The notes beneath the pieces are model-generated. The model saw nothing but the letters and a program-made list of their open reading frames with translations. It had not been told where the DNA came from and did no database searches. From an uncultured Bacteroidota bacterium (lineage in GTDB: Bacteria; Bacteroidota; Ignavibacteria; UBA10030; UBA8401), in NCBI GenBank assembly GCA_963717445.1, contig OY970334.1:87219-151218 (forward strand): DNA of 64,000 bases. Reading direction: 5' to 3'. The number at the start of each line of letters is the position of its first letter. Position 1 is the first letter of the stretch. Shown one piece after another: positions 51,907 through 62,039 of the stretch. The position numbers and the translations under genes are program-made.

Positions 51907-52850
51907 ACGGCGATGCGGAAGTAATACAGCGAGTCGTTCCTTATTCGCGATCAATGCCGAAGACCGTCATAGATTTCATTGAATTAATGAAGCCGGAATT
52001 GACGTTGCTTTCGGTGCTGACCGCTATTTGTTCTTTTTACCTTGCCCATCTCGGTTCGTGGAGCGCTGCGGATTTTTGGGCGCTGGTAAACCTCGCGCTT
52101 GGAACAACCCTTGTTGGTGGAGGGGCTGGAGCTCTCAACCAATATCTCGAACGACATTATGATGGGTTAATGAAGCGGACAGAAAGGCGCCCGCTGCCGT
52201 CGGGCCGCCTCATGCCGGCGACGGTCCTGGCCTTCGGAATTTTCTTGTCGAGCATTGGCCTTCTGGAATTAGCTTTTCTCGTGAATACCCTAACAGGATT
52301 TCTTGGCGTTGTTACACTAACGACGTATCTTTTTCTGTACACACCGCTGAAACGTATTTCTCCAATCGCTACGACGATTGGAGGAATCCCGGGAGCACTG
52401 CCGCCATTGATGGGGTGGGTTGCGGCCCGGAATGAAATTACCTCCGGAGCCATGATCCTCTTTGTGATCCTTTTTTTGTGGCAAATGCCGCACTTCTTCT
52501 CGCTGGCATGGCTCTACAGGAAAGATTACTCCCGGGCGGGGTATCGTCTGCTCACGGTTGTTGATGAAAGTGGAACGAGAACTTCGCGCCATGTTCTTGC
52601 AAACTGCTCGGCACTTATTCCGATGAGTTTGATCCCTTCGGTTCTCGGGATGACCTCCATGTTGTATTTTATCGGTGCTCTGGCTGCAGGAATTGTCTTC
52701 CTCCTTTTTGGAATCATGTTCGCCACCTCATTTATATCTGCACAAGAAGAGAACCTTGTGCGGACAAATCTGTCCGCCCGTCGGCTGTTTTTTGCTTCTT
52801 TGGTTTACCTTCCGGTGTTATTTATCCTGATGGTGATCGATAAAGTATAA
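51903..52850 (+). CDS. ctaB: Heme O synthase (protoheme IX farnesyltransferase)
   Basis: DGLMKRTERRPLPSG, YTPLKR, WQMPHF, DYSRAG. Confidence 0.95.
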   Translation: MNGDAEVIQRVVPYSRSMPKTVIDFIELMKPELTLLSVLTAICSFYLAHLGSWSAADFWALVNLALGTTLVGGGAGALNQYLERHYDGLMKRTERRPLPSGRLMPATVLAFGIFLSSIGLLELAFLVNTLTGFLGVVTLTTYLFLYTPLKRISPIATTIGGIPGALPPLMGWVAARNEITSGAMILFVILFLWQMPHFFSLAWLYRKDYSRAGYRLLTVVDESGTRTSRHVLANCSALIPMSLIPSVLGMTSMLYFIGALAAGIVFLLFGIMFATSFISAQEENLVRTNLSARRLFFASLVYLPVLFILMVIDKV

Positions 52851-52982
52851 ATTGCCTTGTTCCTTGACCATGCGACTCTATTGGACAAGACCAATGGGCA
52901 AACCACTACTAGAAAGTGATACATTGTAAACGCTATTTTCTTTCATTATATTATACTTAGCTGGTTTTCAATCAACGTATTC

Positions 52983-53930
52983 ATGAATATTCCTATTATA
53001 ATCATTTCAAATATTTCCCACGAGTACGCCGATCGTAGGGCTCTCAATGATGTATCACTAAAAGTGAGCAAGGGAGAAATCTTTGGCTTCCTAGGTCCGA
53101 ACGGTGGCGGCAAGACGACGATGTTTAAAATACTTTCGACGGCGATAGTGCCCACGGGCGGCAGGGCTGAAATTTGCGGCTACGATGTCGTTGCAAACTC
53201 TTCGGAAGTAAGAAAACATGTCGGTGTGGTTTTCCAATCGCCGAGCGTTGACGTTAAACTGACGGTGAAAGAGAATCTGCGATTTCAGGGGTTATTGCAA
53301 GGTCTGCACGGCGCAACTGCGATGAAAAGAATCGACAATGTGCTCCGCCATTTGAAACTTGAGGACCGTAAACACGATATCGTTGAAAAGCTCTCGGGCG
53401 GCTTGCAGCGGCGCGTTGAAATCGGCAAAGGCTTGCTGCACATGCCCGATGTTCTCATCCTCGACGAGCCGAGCACTGGTCTTGACCCAGGCGCCCGCAG
53501 AGATTTATGGGAGTATTTGCTTCAACTTCGCAGCCATACGGGCATTACAATTGTGATCACATCTCATATTCTCGAAGAAGCGGAGCACTGCGACCGGCTT
53601 GCCATTCTAGACAAAGGGTCTCTGGTCGCTCTTGGAACTCCGGACACGTTAAAACGAGAAGTGGGAGGGGAAGTCATTTCAATCGTCGCAAAAAATCCCG
53701 ATGAACTTCGCGGCGTGCTGAAAAAGAAATTTAAGCTCGAGTCAACGATTGTGGAGAATACGATTCGAGTGGAGAAGGAGAAGGGGCATCAATTTGTTCC
53801 AAGAATTGTCGAGGCGTTTCCGGGAAAAATCACTTCTATTTCTGTAGGAAAGCCGACACTTGAAGATGTGTTCATTCACCGGACAGGACACAGACTGCAG
53901 AATGAGACTTCAAATGGGGCGGACGAATGA
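52983..53930 (+). CDS. ABC-2 type transporter ATP-binding protein
   Basis: GPNGGGKT, LSGG, LDEP, C-terminal PTLEDVF. Confidence 0.92.
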   Translation: MNIPIIIISNISHEYADRRALNDVSLKVSKGEIFGFLGPNGGGKTTMFKILSTAIVPTGGRAEICGYDVVANSSEVRKHVGVVFQSPSVDVKLTVKENLRFQGLLQGLHGATAMKRIDNVLRHLKLEDRKHDIVEKLSGGLQRRVEIGKGLLHMPDVLILDEPSTGLDPGARRDLWEYLLQLRSHTGITIVITSHILEEAEHCDRLAILDKGSLVALGTPDTLKREVGGEVISIVAKNPDELRGVLKKKFKLESTIVENTIRVEKEKGHQFVPRIVEAFPGKITSISVGKPTLEDVFIHRTGHRLQNETSNGADE

Positions 53931-54706
53931 ACATCATGAATGAAATCGTATTCCCCGCTTATTCGCTATGGATGCGCGAGCTTATTCGATTCATCCGGCA
54001 GCGGAGCAGAATAATCGGAGTTATCGGATCGCCCGTCCTTTTTTGGTTCTTCATCGGATCGGGACTTGGCACCTCGTTCAGAACAACTTCGCCTCTTGGC
54101 GGAGCGAACTATCTCGAATATTTTTTCCCGGGGACGCTCTTGTTGATCATGTTGTTCACGGCAATTTTTTCAACCATTTCCATTATTGAAGACAGGAAGG
54201 AAGGCTTCCTTCAATCGGTCCTCGTCGCACCGATTTCCAGTGCAAGCATTGCGCTTGGTAAAATCTTCGGCGGTGCAACGCTTGCCGTGATCCAGGCGAT
54301 TATTTTCCTTGCACTCGCGCCGCTCGTCGGCTTTTCGTTCACGATTTTTCAGTTCTGCGCGATGGCCGCACTCCTTTTCTTTATCGGCTTCGGACTAACC
54401 GGGCTGGGATTTCTTATCGCCTGGCAAATGGAATCGACCCAGGGGTTTCATGCAATCATGAATTTATTTTTAATTCCGTTGTGGCTGTTATCCGGCTCTC
54501 TCTTCCCGATGGATGGAGCTCCGGCATGGCTGAAGGATATCATGGCGGTCAATCCGCTTACGTATTCGATCTCCGCGACACGAATAATGTTGTACCACCG
54601 CGTTCATAGCCAAGAATCCGATTTCATTTTTTCATTAGCCGTTATTTTTTTATTTTGCGTCGCCGTGTTCTTTGGATCGATGCTTATTGTAAGGAAGAAG
54701 TCATGA
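53927..54706 (+). CDS. ABC-2 type transporter permease
   Basis: 6 TMs, FFPG, LSGSLFP, NPLTY. Confidence 0.9.
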   Translation: MNIMNEIVFPAYSLWMRELIRFIRQRSRIIGVIGSPVLFWFFIGSGLGTSFRTTSPLGGANYLEYFFPGTLLLIMLFTAIFSTISIIEDRKEGFLQSVLVAPISSASIALGKIFGGATLAVIQAIIFLALAPLVGFSFTIFQFCAMAALLFFIGFGLTGLGFLIAWQMESTQGFHAIMNLFLIPLWLLSGSLFPMDGAPAWLKDIMAVNPLTYSISATRIMLYHRVHSQESDFIFSLAVIFLFCVAVFFGSMLIVRKKS

Positions 54707-55338
54707 AATTCTCATCACGCAAGATATCATTTCGGTCGATTTTTCTTTGGGGATTGTTAGGGTTTGTTATCGCATCGGTTATTTTTTCGTTTTTGTACAC
54801 GGAGTTTAAATCTCCTGCGAAGAGTTCTTTGCCCAGTTTGAGTGTTGTTCCGGATTTCACTTTGACAGAGCGGAGTGGTGCAAAAGTTCCGCTTTCCGAT
54901 CTAAAAGGGAAAACGTGGATCGCCGATTTCATCTTTACAAATTGCGGCGGCAGTTGCCCCGTTATGTCCAGCACCATGGCAAATTTTCAAGAACAATTGA
55001 AGAACGTCAACAACGTTCTTCTTGTTTCATTCACAGTCGATCCTGAACGGGACACTCCTCAGGTTCTGCGAGACTATGCTGACCTCTATAAGGCGTCTGC
55101 TTCTCGCTGGTTGTTTCTCACCGGTGAAAAGGACAAAATTGATTATCTGACGCGGAAGGGATTCCATCTCGCCCTTGCTGCAGACTCTGGCTCAACCGTC
55201 GAACCGATCATCCATAGCACGATGTTTGTCCTCGTAGACAGGCAGGGAATCATACGAGGTTATTATGACTCGAGTGATGAGAAGGCGCTGGGGCAGATTA
55301 TAACGGATGCACGAACCCTTGCAGCAGAAAAAAATTAG
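54703..55338 (+). CDS. SCO1/SenC copper chaperone
   Basis: FTNCGGSCP, VDPERDTP, HS. Confidence 0.93.
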   Translation: MKFSSRKISFRSIFLWGLLGFVIASVIFSFLYTEFKSPAKSSLPSLSVVPDFTLTERSGAKVPLSDLKGKTWIADFIFTNCGGSCPVMSSTMANFQEQLKNVNNVLLVSFTVDPERDTPQVLRDYADLYKASASRWLFLTGEKDKIDYLTRKGFHLALAADSGSTVEPIIHSTMFVLVDRQGIIRGYYDSSDEKALGQIITDARTLAAEKN

Positions 55339-55342
55339 CGAT

Positions 55343-55756
55343 ATGAATTTGACGATTTTCCCGACAATTAATGCCGTGCTCAACGGACTGACGGCGATCC
55401 TGCTCCTGACAGGATATTTTTTTATTCTCCGCAAAAAACGATCGCTCCACAAAAAAATCATGCTGTCCGCGTTCTCTACTTCGACCCTTTTTTTAATATC
55501 ATACCTGTATTACCATGCGCATGTCGGCTCTGTTCCCTTCAAAGGAACCGGTATCATGCGTCCCGTTTATTTCACGATCCTCATCTCGCATACAATTCTT
55601 GCTGTGGTTATTGTTCCAATGGCAATCGTAACCCTGGCCCGGGGATTATCATCTCGGTTTGACAAGCACAGAAAACTTGCGCGTTTAACATTACCGCTCT
55701 GGTTATATGTTTCGGTAACGGGTGTTGTAGTCTATATGATGTTATACCATTTCTAA
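55343..55756 (+). CDS. DUF420 family membrane protein
   Basis: INAVLN, HKKIM, FLISYLYYH, SHTILA, WLYVSVTGV. Confidence 0.9.
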   Translation: MNLTIFPTINAVLNGLTAILLLTGYFFILRKKRSLHKKIMLSAFSTSTLFLISYLYYHAHVGSVPFKGTGIMRPVYFTILISHTILAVVIVPMAIVTLARGLSSRFDKHRKLARLTLPLWLYVSVTGVVVYMMLYHF

Positions 55757-55839
55757 AATATGGCTTCCGGGCAAGCGAGCATTACTCATTCCTTGTATTA
55801 GACATTCCTACAACCTGGGGCATCATTCTTAAGAAGAAC

Positions 55840-58809
55840 ATGTCTGGATACGACAAAATAAAATCTGGCATAGTACTGCTTCTTCTTTTCCTCCAATCCT
55901 CTTCAAATTCCTTTGCACAGCTTTATCCGTTCGACCATTACACGTCAAAAGATGGGCTGCTGATGGATTATGTTTTTGCCCTTTGCTGTGACTCACGTGG
56001 CTATATCTGGATTGGAACGAATGACGGCGTGAGCATCTATGATGGCGACGCATTTAACAATCTTACAGTGGCAGACGGACTGTCTTACAGCCGTGTGAAT
56101 TGTATAACAGAAAGTCGAAAACATCCCGGAAGCATTTGGATTGGCACGAACGGAGGGGGAGTAAGCAGGTGGGAGGCAAACAAATTTCAGACGTATCAGG
56201 TTAGCGCTACTCATCTGTCGAACATTGTTACATCGATTGCTGAGGATCTGCGGGGAACGCTGTGGTGTGGAACCGCCGATGGCTTGTTTCAGCTCTCTGG
56301 TAATGAGTTCAAACCGTTTGATCCATCGAGTATAAAAGGTACGGTTGTGGGAGTGACTCAATCTGCAGATGGAACATTGTGGGTGCTTATGCCCGATGTG
56401 CTTTACGAATCTGTTCCCGGCTCAGACTTTCTGCAGAGAGCAAATATCCAGCTCAGGCCGAACGCCGTTTCGGAATGTATCCACACGTCGAGGGATTCGA
56501 CTGTGTGGATTGGAACGTCGGACGGCGATCTATTGCAGATACGTGGCGGCAAGATTTTTCGACGGTTTGTTATAAAAAATACCGCCATCAATTTTATATT
56601 GGATGATCGGAACGGCCTCTTGTTTGGGACAACACGTGGAGTTTTTCGTCTCCTCAACAACGGGACTGAACCGGTTCTTTTTTGTTCGACTTCCAACGGC
56701 TTACCCGATAATTTCGTTTCCAGCGGAGCTGTTGACATCGAAGGAAATCTGTGGCTTGGTTTGAACGGCAAGGGGGTTGTAAAGCTTGTAAATCGTTCCG
56801 TTTTTACTTATCCCTTCAAAGATTTGATATTTCCAGCAAATCATTCCGGCGCTGCAATGGACAGCGTTGAACATCTATGGGTTGTTTCATTGAGGGGAAT
56901 ATGGGAGTTGTGGAAAGGAAAAAATAATTTATGGCAGTCGTCGTTACACAAAGAAGTGGAAAAAGTAACAAAGCAAAAACCCTTTACACTGTTGTTTGAT
57001 CCTCCGTCGCACTTGTGGACAGGTTTTGACGGAGGTGATATCGTTTGCTTCTCCCTAACCCCGGGAAATCAACGTTCGTCCAAACTAACTGTGTTAAGTC
57101 GATGGCGGCAGGGCAAAGAGTATCCCATTGGCGGTGCACCTATTTTTTTGTATAAAGATAGGGAAGGTTATTGTTGGTGCAGTATTTCTGATAACCACGG
57201 ACTCTATCTCTTTGACCCAAATCGCAAGAATCCGTTTGTACGCTCATACATGGCGAGCGATGGGATGCCCGATAATTCAACCCGTGCGATTTTTGAAGAC
57301 CGGGAGGGAAACTTTTGGTTCGGAGGTTATGACAACGGTTTGACCTTTCTTCCTGCAAATAAAAAGTTTCATGGGAGAGGACGACGGTTTACAGCCGAGG
57401 ACGGCCTGCCGAATATGTCGATTCGTACGATCATTCAGGACAGCGTGGGGGTCATTTGGGTCGGCACGCGTTACGGCGGTTTGGCGTATCTTCGCGACTC
57501 TACATTTCATACGCTTTCGTTGAAGGACGGTTTACTCAGCACTGCAGTGTGGTCGATGATTAATGACACAAACGGACACAAATGGCTGGGAACTCAGTTG
57601 GGGTTTCAGGAAATGACGACTGCCGGGTCAATAAAATTTTCCTCAAAAAAGGAGCTGACTGGTCCGCCTGTGTATGAGTGCGGGGAGATGAGGGAGGGAA
57701 CGCTGTGGCTCGTCACCGACGCCGGCGTTACGTTCTATGACCGGCGACATGACGTGCAAAGTAATGTACCTCCTCCGATTTATATTTCGCGCGTTCTCGT
57801 CAACGGCGTAGAAGCGAACAGCGACTCGTCGCAGGAATTCGCTTACGATCAGAATAATATTTCCATCGATGTCATCGGGCTCAGCCTAAAGGATGAGAAA
57901 GCCGTCCAGTATCAGTACAAACTTGTGGGAGCGGATACCGGATGGAGCGACCAAACGCGCCGTCATCGTATAGTATTTGCCGCGTTATCGCCTGGAACAT
58001 ACACGTTTATGGCGCGTGCAATTAACGGGAATGGCATTGTAAGCGTTCAACCCGCAACGTTTTCGTTCACAATTGCCCCTGCTTTATGGAGGCAATGGTG
58101 GTTCATCATGCTTGCCGTTCTTCTTGTCATTGCCGTTTGTTTTTTCTTAATATGGTCGCGTGTAGAACGCTTGCTGGAAATCGAGCGGATAAAATCACGA
58201 ATAGCTGCCGACCTGCACGATGAGATTGGCGCAGGCCTGACGCGCATCGCCATACTCTCTTCCGTTATCGAACGGGATCTGCCACAAAAGGAGAATCATG
58301 GTCCAGCCGATCTCGAAGCTACAGATTCGTTAAAGAAGATCGGCGACACGGCCCGCGACCTGGTCGAATCGATGAGTGACGTTGTTTGGTCGCTCGGACT
58401 AAGCAAGGAACCTCTAGAGCGACTTGTTCAGCGTTTTCGTTCTTTTGCGTTCGAGGCCTGTGAGGCGAAAAACATTACATTAAAATTTTCAATTGATGAT
58501 AGAATATTCTCCCTTCATGTTCCCCCTGAAAACGCGCGGAACATCCTCTTGTGTGCAAAGGAAGCAATGACGAACGTCGTCCGTCATTCCGGATGCTCTG
58601 AAGCGGATGTCGAATTTATCTTTGAACGGAACGGAGTTACTTTGAACATCTCTGACAACGGAAAGGGGTTTCAAACTCGCGAGGATAACACTGGGCACGG
58701 TTTGACGAATATGAAGAAGCGGGCAGAGCAATCGGGCGGGTCGTTTACAATGATTTCTAAATTAGGAGAGGGAACACGGATTCAAGCGAATTTTCCCGCA
58801 GCCCGATGA
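55840..58809 (+). CDS. Sensor histidine kinase with periplasmic beta-propeller (Reg_prop/Y_Y_Y) and HisKA_3 domains
   Basis: Repeated DGL...IWIGT..GV, PGTYTF, TM, IAADLHDEIG, EAMTN, DNGKG, GHGL. Confidence 0.92.
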   Translation: MSGYDKIKSGIVLLLLFLQSSSNSFAQLYPFDHYTSKDGLLMDYVFALCCDSRGYIWIGTNDGVSIYDGDAFNNLTVADGLSYSRVNCITESRKHPGSIWIGTNGGGVSRWEANKFQTYQVSATHLSNIVTSIAEDLRGTLWCGTADGLFQLSGNEFKPFDPSSIKGTVVGVTQSADGTLWVLMPDVLYESVPGSDFLQRANIQLRPNAVSECIHTSRDSTVWIGTSDGDLLQIRGGKIFRRFVIKNTAINFILDDRNGLLFGTTRGVFRLLNNGTEPVLFCSTSNGLPDNFVSSGAVDIEGNLWLGLNGKGVVKLVNRSVFTYPFKDLIFPANHSGAAMDSVEHLWVVSLRGIWELWKGKNNLWQSSLHKEVEKVTKQKPFTLLFDPPSHLWTGFDGGDIVCFSLTPGNQRSSKLTVLSRWRQGKEYPIGGAPIFLYKDREGYCWCSISDNHGLYLFDPNRKNPFVRSYMASDGMPDNSTRAIFEDREGNFWFGGYDNGLTFLPANKKFHGRGRRFTAEDGLPNMSIRTIIQDSVGVIWVGTRYGGLAYLRDSTFHTLSLKDGLLSTAVWSMINDTNGHKWLGTQLGFQEMTTAGSIKFSSKKELTGPPVYECGEMREGTLWLVTDAGVTFYDRRHDVQSNVPPPIYISRVLVNGVEANSDSSQEFAYDQNNISIDVIGLSLKDEKAVQYQYKLVGADTGWSDQTRRHRIVFAALSPGTYTFMARAINGNGIVSVQPATFSFTIAPALWRQWWFIMLAVLLVIAVCFFLIWSRVERLLEIERIKSRIAADLHDEIGAGLTRIAILSSVIERDLPQKENHGPADLEATDSLKKIGDTARDLVESMSDVVWSLGLSKEPLERLVQRFRSFAFEACEAKNITLKFSIDDRIFSLHVPPENARNILLCAKEAMTNVVRHSGCSEADVEFIFERNGVTLNISDNGKGFQTREDNTGHGLTNMKKRAEQSGGSFTMISKLGEGTRIQANFPAAR

Positions 58810-58855
58810 ACTACATATCTATGTAGTTGCCTTGTCGGAAGTAAAACAGTAGATT
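58809..58855 (+). promoter_or_regulatory. Operator palindrome overlapping the -35 of the response-regulator promoter
   Basis: AACTACATATCTATGTAGTT, then TTGCCT-N17-TAGATT. Confidence 0.75.
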
Positions 58856-58897
58856 CCTTTTGCCAATTTCACAACAATCATAACGAATCGTAATATA

Positions 58898-59539
58898 ATG
58901 GACGCAAATGATGCCATCCATGTGGCAATCATTGACGACGACGTCGAGATGAGAAAGGGCCTTCGCAGTATCATCGATCAAGCGGAGGGTTTCACCTGCT
59001 CCGACTTCACAAACGGATCGGCGTTCCTTGAAACTCTTGATGAAAATCCCCCGGACGTCGTGCTGATGGACATTGGGATGCCCGACAAATCGGGCATTGA
59101 ATGGGTTGAGATTTTAAAGGAACGGTATCCACATATACAATGTCTGATGTTAACCGTTCACAGCGATGAGGAGAAGATCTTTCAATCGTTACGCGCTGGT
59201 GCAGTGGGGTATCTTCTCAAAACCACAGCTCCCGAAAAGCTTCTGAGCTCTATTCGTGAGACGTATGCCGGCGGGGCGCCGATGTCCGGCGAAGTTGCAA
59301 GAAAAGTATTGACATATTTTCAGCAGCCAAAACAATCGACCGTATTCTCCACGTTATCTCAACGGGAACTTGACGTTCTTCTTGCTTTAACCGAAGGATA
59401 CACGTACAAGTCAATCGCAGAGAAATTATTTGTCAGCGTAAATACAGTTCGTTTTCATCTCCGCAATATTTATGCAAAGCTCCATGTTCGATCCCGGACT
59501 GAAGCAGTCGCAAAAGCGTTAAAGAATAAAGCCGTATAG
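58898..59539 (+). CDS. NarL/LuxR-family response regulator
   Basis: IDDD, LMDIGMP, GYLLK; LSQRELDVL..IAEKLFVSVNTVRFH. Confidence 0.95.
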   Translation: MDANDAIHVAIIDDDVEMRKGLRSIIDQAEGFTCSDFTNGSAFLETLDENPPDVVLMDIGMPDKSGIEWVEILKERYPHIQCLMLTVHSDEEKIFQSLRAGAVGYLLKTTAPEKLLSSIRETYAGGAPMSGEVARKVLTYFQQPKQSTVFSTLSQRELDVLLALTEGYTYKSIAEKLFVSVNTVRFHLRNIYAKLHVRSRTEAVAKALKNKAV

Positions 59540-59617
59540 CTTCATTTTGATCCTTCCATTTTGAAGCCTCTTGCCGCCTGGATCTGACCTGCATCACATT
59601 TTTCATATTTCCCAAGA

Positions 59618-59664
59618 AACTACATAGATATGTAGTTGTAAGCGACGCCGGCATATAGTACTTT
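59618..59664 (+). promoter_or_regulatory. Second copy of the operator palindrome overlapping the -35 of the T9SS-cargo promoter
   Basis: AACTACATAGATATGTAGTT, then TTGTAA-N17-TACTTT. Confidence 0.75.
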
Positions 59665-59848
59665 CCCCTACGTTCTTCCCCGTAGGAAATTGCCAATACT
59701 CAATTAGTATAAGCTTTTTGCCGTTACTTGTTATTGAAGCAGATTTTGCATTGCTGTTCGCAATAGCAATTCATTCAGTAAAAGTCTTTGAATGCCCACG
59801 ATGCCGAAAATAAATCACCTTAACCACTAGACGGAGGGAGTCAAATCC

Positions 59849-61927
59849 ATGAAAAAATTTTTTCGATTTCTATTGTTGCTGCTTGCGGTAATTTGCGGCA
59901 TCGATTTATCCTCAGCTCAATGGGTGCAAACCAGCGGACCGGGAGGAGGCACAGTCTTATCTCTCGCAGTCAGCGGCTCAAACGTGTTTGCGGGAACTCA
60001 CGGCGGTGTATTCCTTTCCGCAAATAAGGGAACGAGTTGGACAGCCGTTAATTCGGGATTGGCAAGCATGGATGTCTATGCGCTTACGGTCAGCGGCGCA
60101 AACCTTTTTGCGGGAACCGGCAGCGGCGTCTTTCTTTCTACGAACAACGGGACGAGCTGGACGGCAGCTAATTCCGGGTTGAACAGCCGGACAATTAACG
60201 CCTTGACAAGCAGCGGCTCGAATCTTTTTGCAGGTGCATTCGCCGGTCTCTTTCTTTCAACAGATAATGGGACGAGTTGGACACAGGCCAAGGATTCAGG
60301 ATTAACCACCACAAACATTTTTGTTTTGCTCACTAGCGGGACAAGCCTTTTCGCCGGAACAGAAAGCGGACTGTTCCGCTCCACTGACAACGGCACAAGC
60401 TGGGTTAAGGTTGATTCAGGTTTAACCAATACGAATATCCTTTCGATGGCTGTGAGTGGTTCGAATCTTATCGCAGGGACTGACTTCGGTCTCTTTCTAT
60501 CCACAAATAATGGCACAGTCTGGACACCGATCAATATTAGCACAAGCCTTACGTTTATCAAGACAATTTCTTCGTTGACGTTCAGCGGCTCGAATCTCAT
60601 CGCGGCGACCTACGGCGGTGGTGTTTACGTATCGACCGATGACGGAACGAGTTGGAATGCCGCTGGCTCAGGTATAAGTGGCACTGTTCTCACATTTGCA
60701 GTGAGTGGCTCAAATCTTTTTGCCGGGAGCCAGAACGGCACGTTCCTATCGACCGACGGCGGCGCAAGCTGGACGCCCGTAAGTTCAGGATTAGCATTAT
60801 CGACTGTGTATGCGTTAATCGCAAGCGGTACAAATATATTTGCCGGCAATTCCGGAGGTGGTATTTTCCTTTCCACTGATAACGGTACAACATGGGTCAA
60901 CAAGGGGTTAATGGATACCACCATCAACGCCCTTGCGATCAGCGGCACAAAGGTCGTAGCAGGAACAGAGGGGAATGGTGTAGTTCTCTCAACAGATAAT
61001 GGCTCGACCTGGACGCCAGTTACCGTTGGGCAGCCGTTTTCAAACGTCTACGCCGTGGCCATCAGCGGGACAACAATATTTGCAGGGACTGGGGGAAGCG
61101 GTATTTATTCTTCCACAGACAACGGCACAACCTGGGTCAGCAAAGGATTCAACGATACCACATTTACTGCCTTGTCCATAAGCGGCTCGAATATTTTAGC
61201 CGCGTCCTCTGGTCAAGGCCTATTTCGTTCTACAGACAACGGTACAACGTGGAACCCCATATCTTCAGGTGTTGGCGATACGGACTATGTGCAGGCTTTT
61301 GCCGGGATCGGATCGGATCTCTTCGCAGCGACTTCTGGAGAAGGCGCTCTTGTTTCGACTACCAATGGAGTAAGTTGGACGGCAATCAATTCCGGTCTCG
61401 CTAATACAGCCCTTACTTCGCTTGCAGTGAGCGGGACGACTTTGTTTGCGGGGGCTGAAGGGTCAAACGGCACCATCTTTGTTTCCACTAATAACGGTGC
61501 AAGCTGGAATCTTGCCTCAACAGGCCTCACGAACCAGTATGTACATGGTCTTGCAGTAAGCGGCACGAATCTGTTTGCTGCGACTGAAGGGGCCGGCGTT
61601 TGGAAGAGGCCTTTGTCGCAGTTTACGACGGGCGTCAAGCAGGCTGCACCGGATATACCCGCGGTCTTTTCGCTTTCACAAAATTATCCTAACCCGTTCA
61701 ACCCGTCTACGATCATTCAATTCACGGTCCCATCGAACGGACGGGCGGTACTGAAAATATTCAACGTTCTCGGCCAGGAAGTTGCGACGCTGTTTGATGG
61801 AATTGCGACGGCCGGCGAATATCACCAGCTAACGTTCGATGCGTCGCGGCTTGCAAGCGGAATTTATTTCTCGCGCCTGGAATTTGACGGAAAGATGCAG
61901 ATGAAGAAAATGCTGTTGCTAAAGTAG
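59849..61927 (+). CDS. Secreted BNR/Asp-box beta-propeller protein with T9SS type A C-terminal domain
   Basis: Signal peptide; 13 S(T/A)xxGxxW repeats; QNYPNPFNPST...KKMLLLK. Confidence 0.9.
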   Translation: MKKFFRFLLLLLAVICGIDLSSAQWVQTSGPGGGTVLSLAVSGSNVFAGTHGGVFLSANKGTSWTAVNSGLASMDVYALTVSGANLFAGTGSGVFLSTNNGTSWTAANSGLNSRTINALTSSGSNLFAGAFAGLFLSTDNGTSWTQAKDSGLTTTNIFVLLTSGTSLFAGTESGLFRSTDNGTSWVKVDSGLTNTNILSMAVSGSNLIAGTDFGLFLSTNNGTVWTPINISTSLTFIKTISSLTFSGSNLIAATYGGGVYVSTDDGTSWNAAGSGISGTVLTFAVSGSNLFAGSQNGTFLSTDGGASWTPVSSGLALSTVYALIASGTNIFAGNSGGGIFLSTDNGTTWVNKGLMDTTINALAISGTKVVAGTEGNGVVLSTDNGSTWTPVTVGQPFSNVYAVAISGTTIFAGTGGSGIYSSTDNGTTWVSKGFNDTTFTALSISGSNILAASSGQGLFRSTDNGTTWNPISSGVGDTDYVQAFAGIGSDLFAATSGEGALVSTTNGVSWTAINSGLANTALTSLAVSGTTLFAGAEGSNGTIFVSTNNGASWNLASTGLTNQYVHGLAVSGTNLFAATEGAGVWKRPLSQFTTGVKQAAPDIPAVFSLSQNYPNPFNPSTIIQFTVPSNGRAVLKIFNVLGQEVATLFDGIATAGEYHQLTFDASRLASGIYFSRLEFDGKMQMKKMLLLK

Positions 61928-62039
61928 CAATTTTGTATCCATCGACAAGCGAATGAATTGCGAACGATGTAGATACCAGACAATGTGCTCCTGATCGAGA
62001 TCGATCCGTCTAATCACAATAAGTTGAAAGGATTATTCC

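Noticed and set aside
59950-61600. Regularly spaced ~120-bp DNA repeats that could suggest a CRISPR or tandem array
   Set aside because: They are degenerate, in-frame Asp-box protein repeats, with no identical repeats separated by unique spacers.
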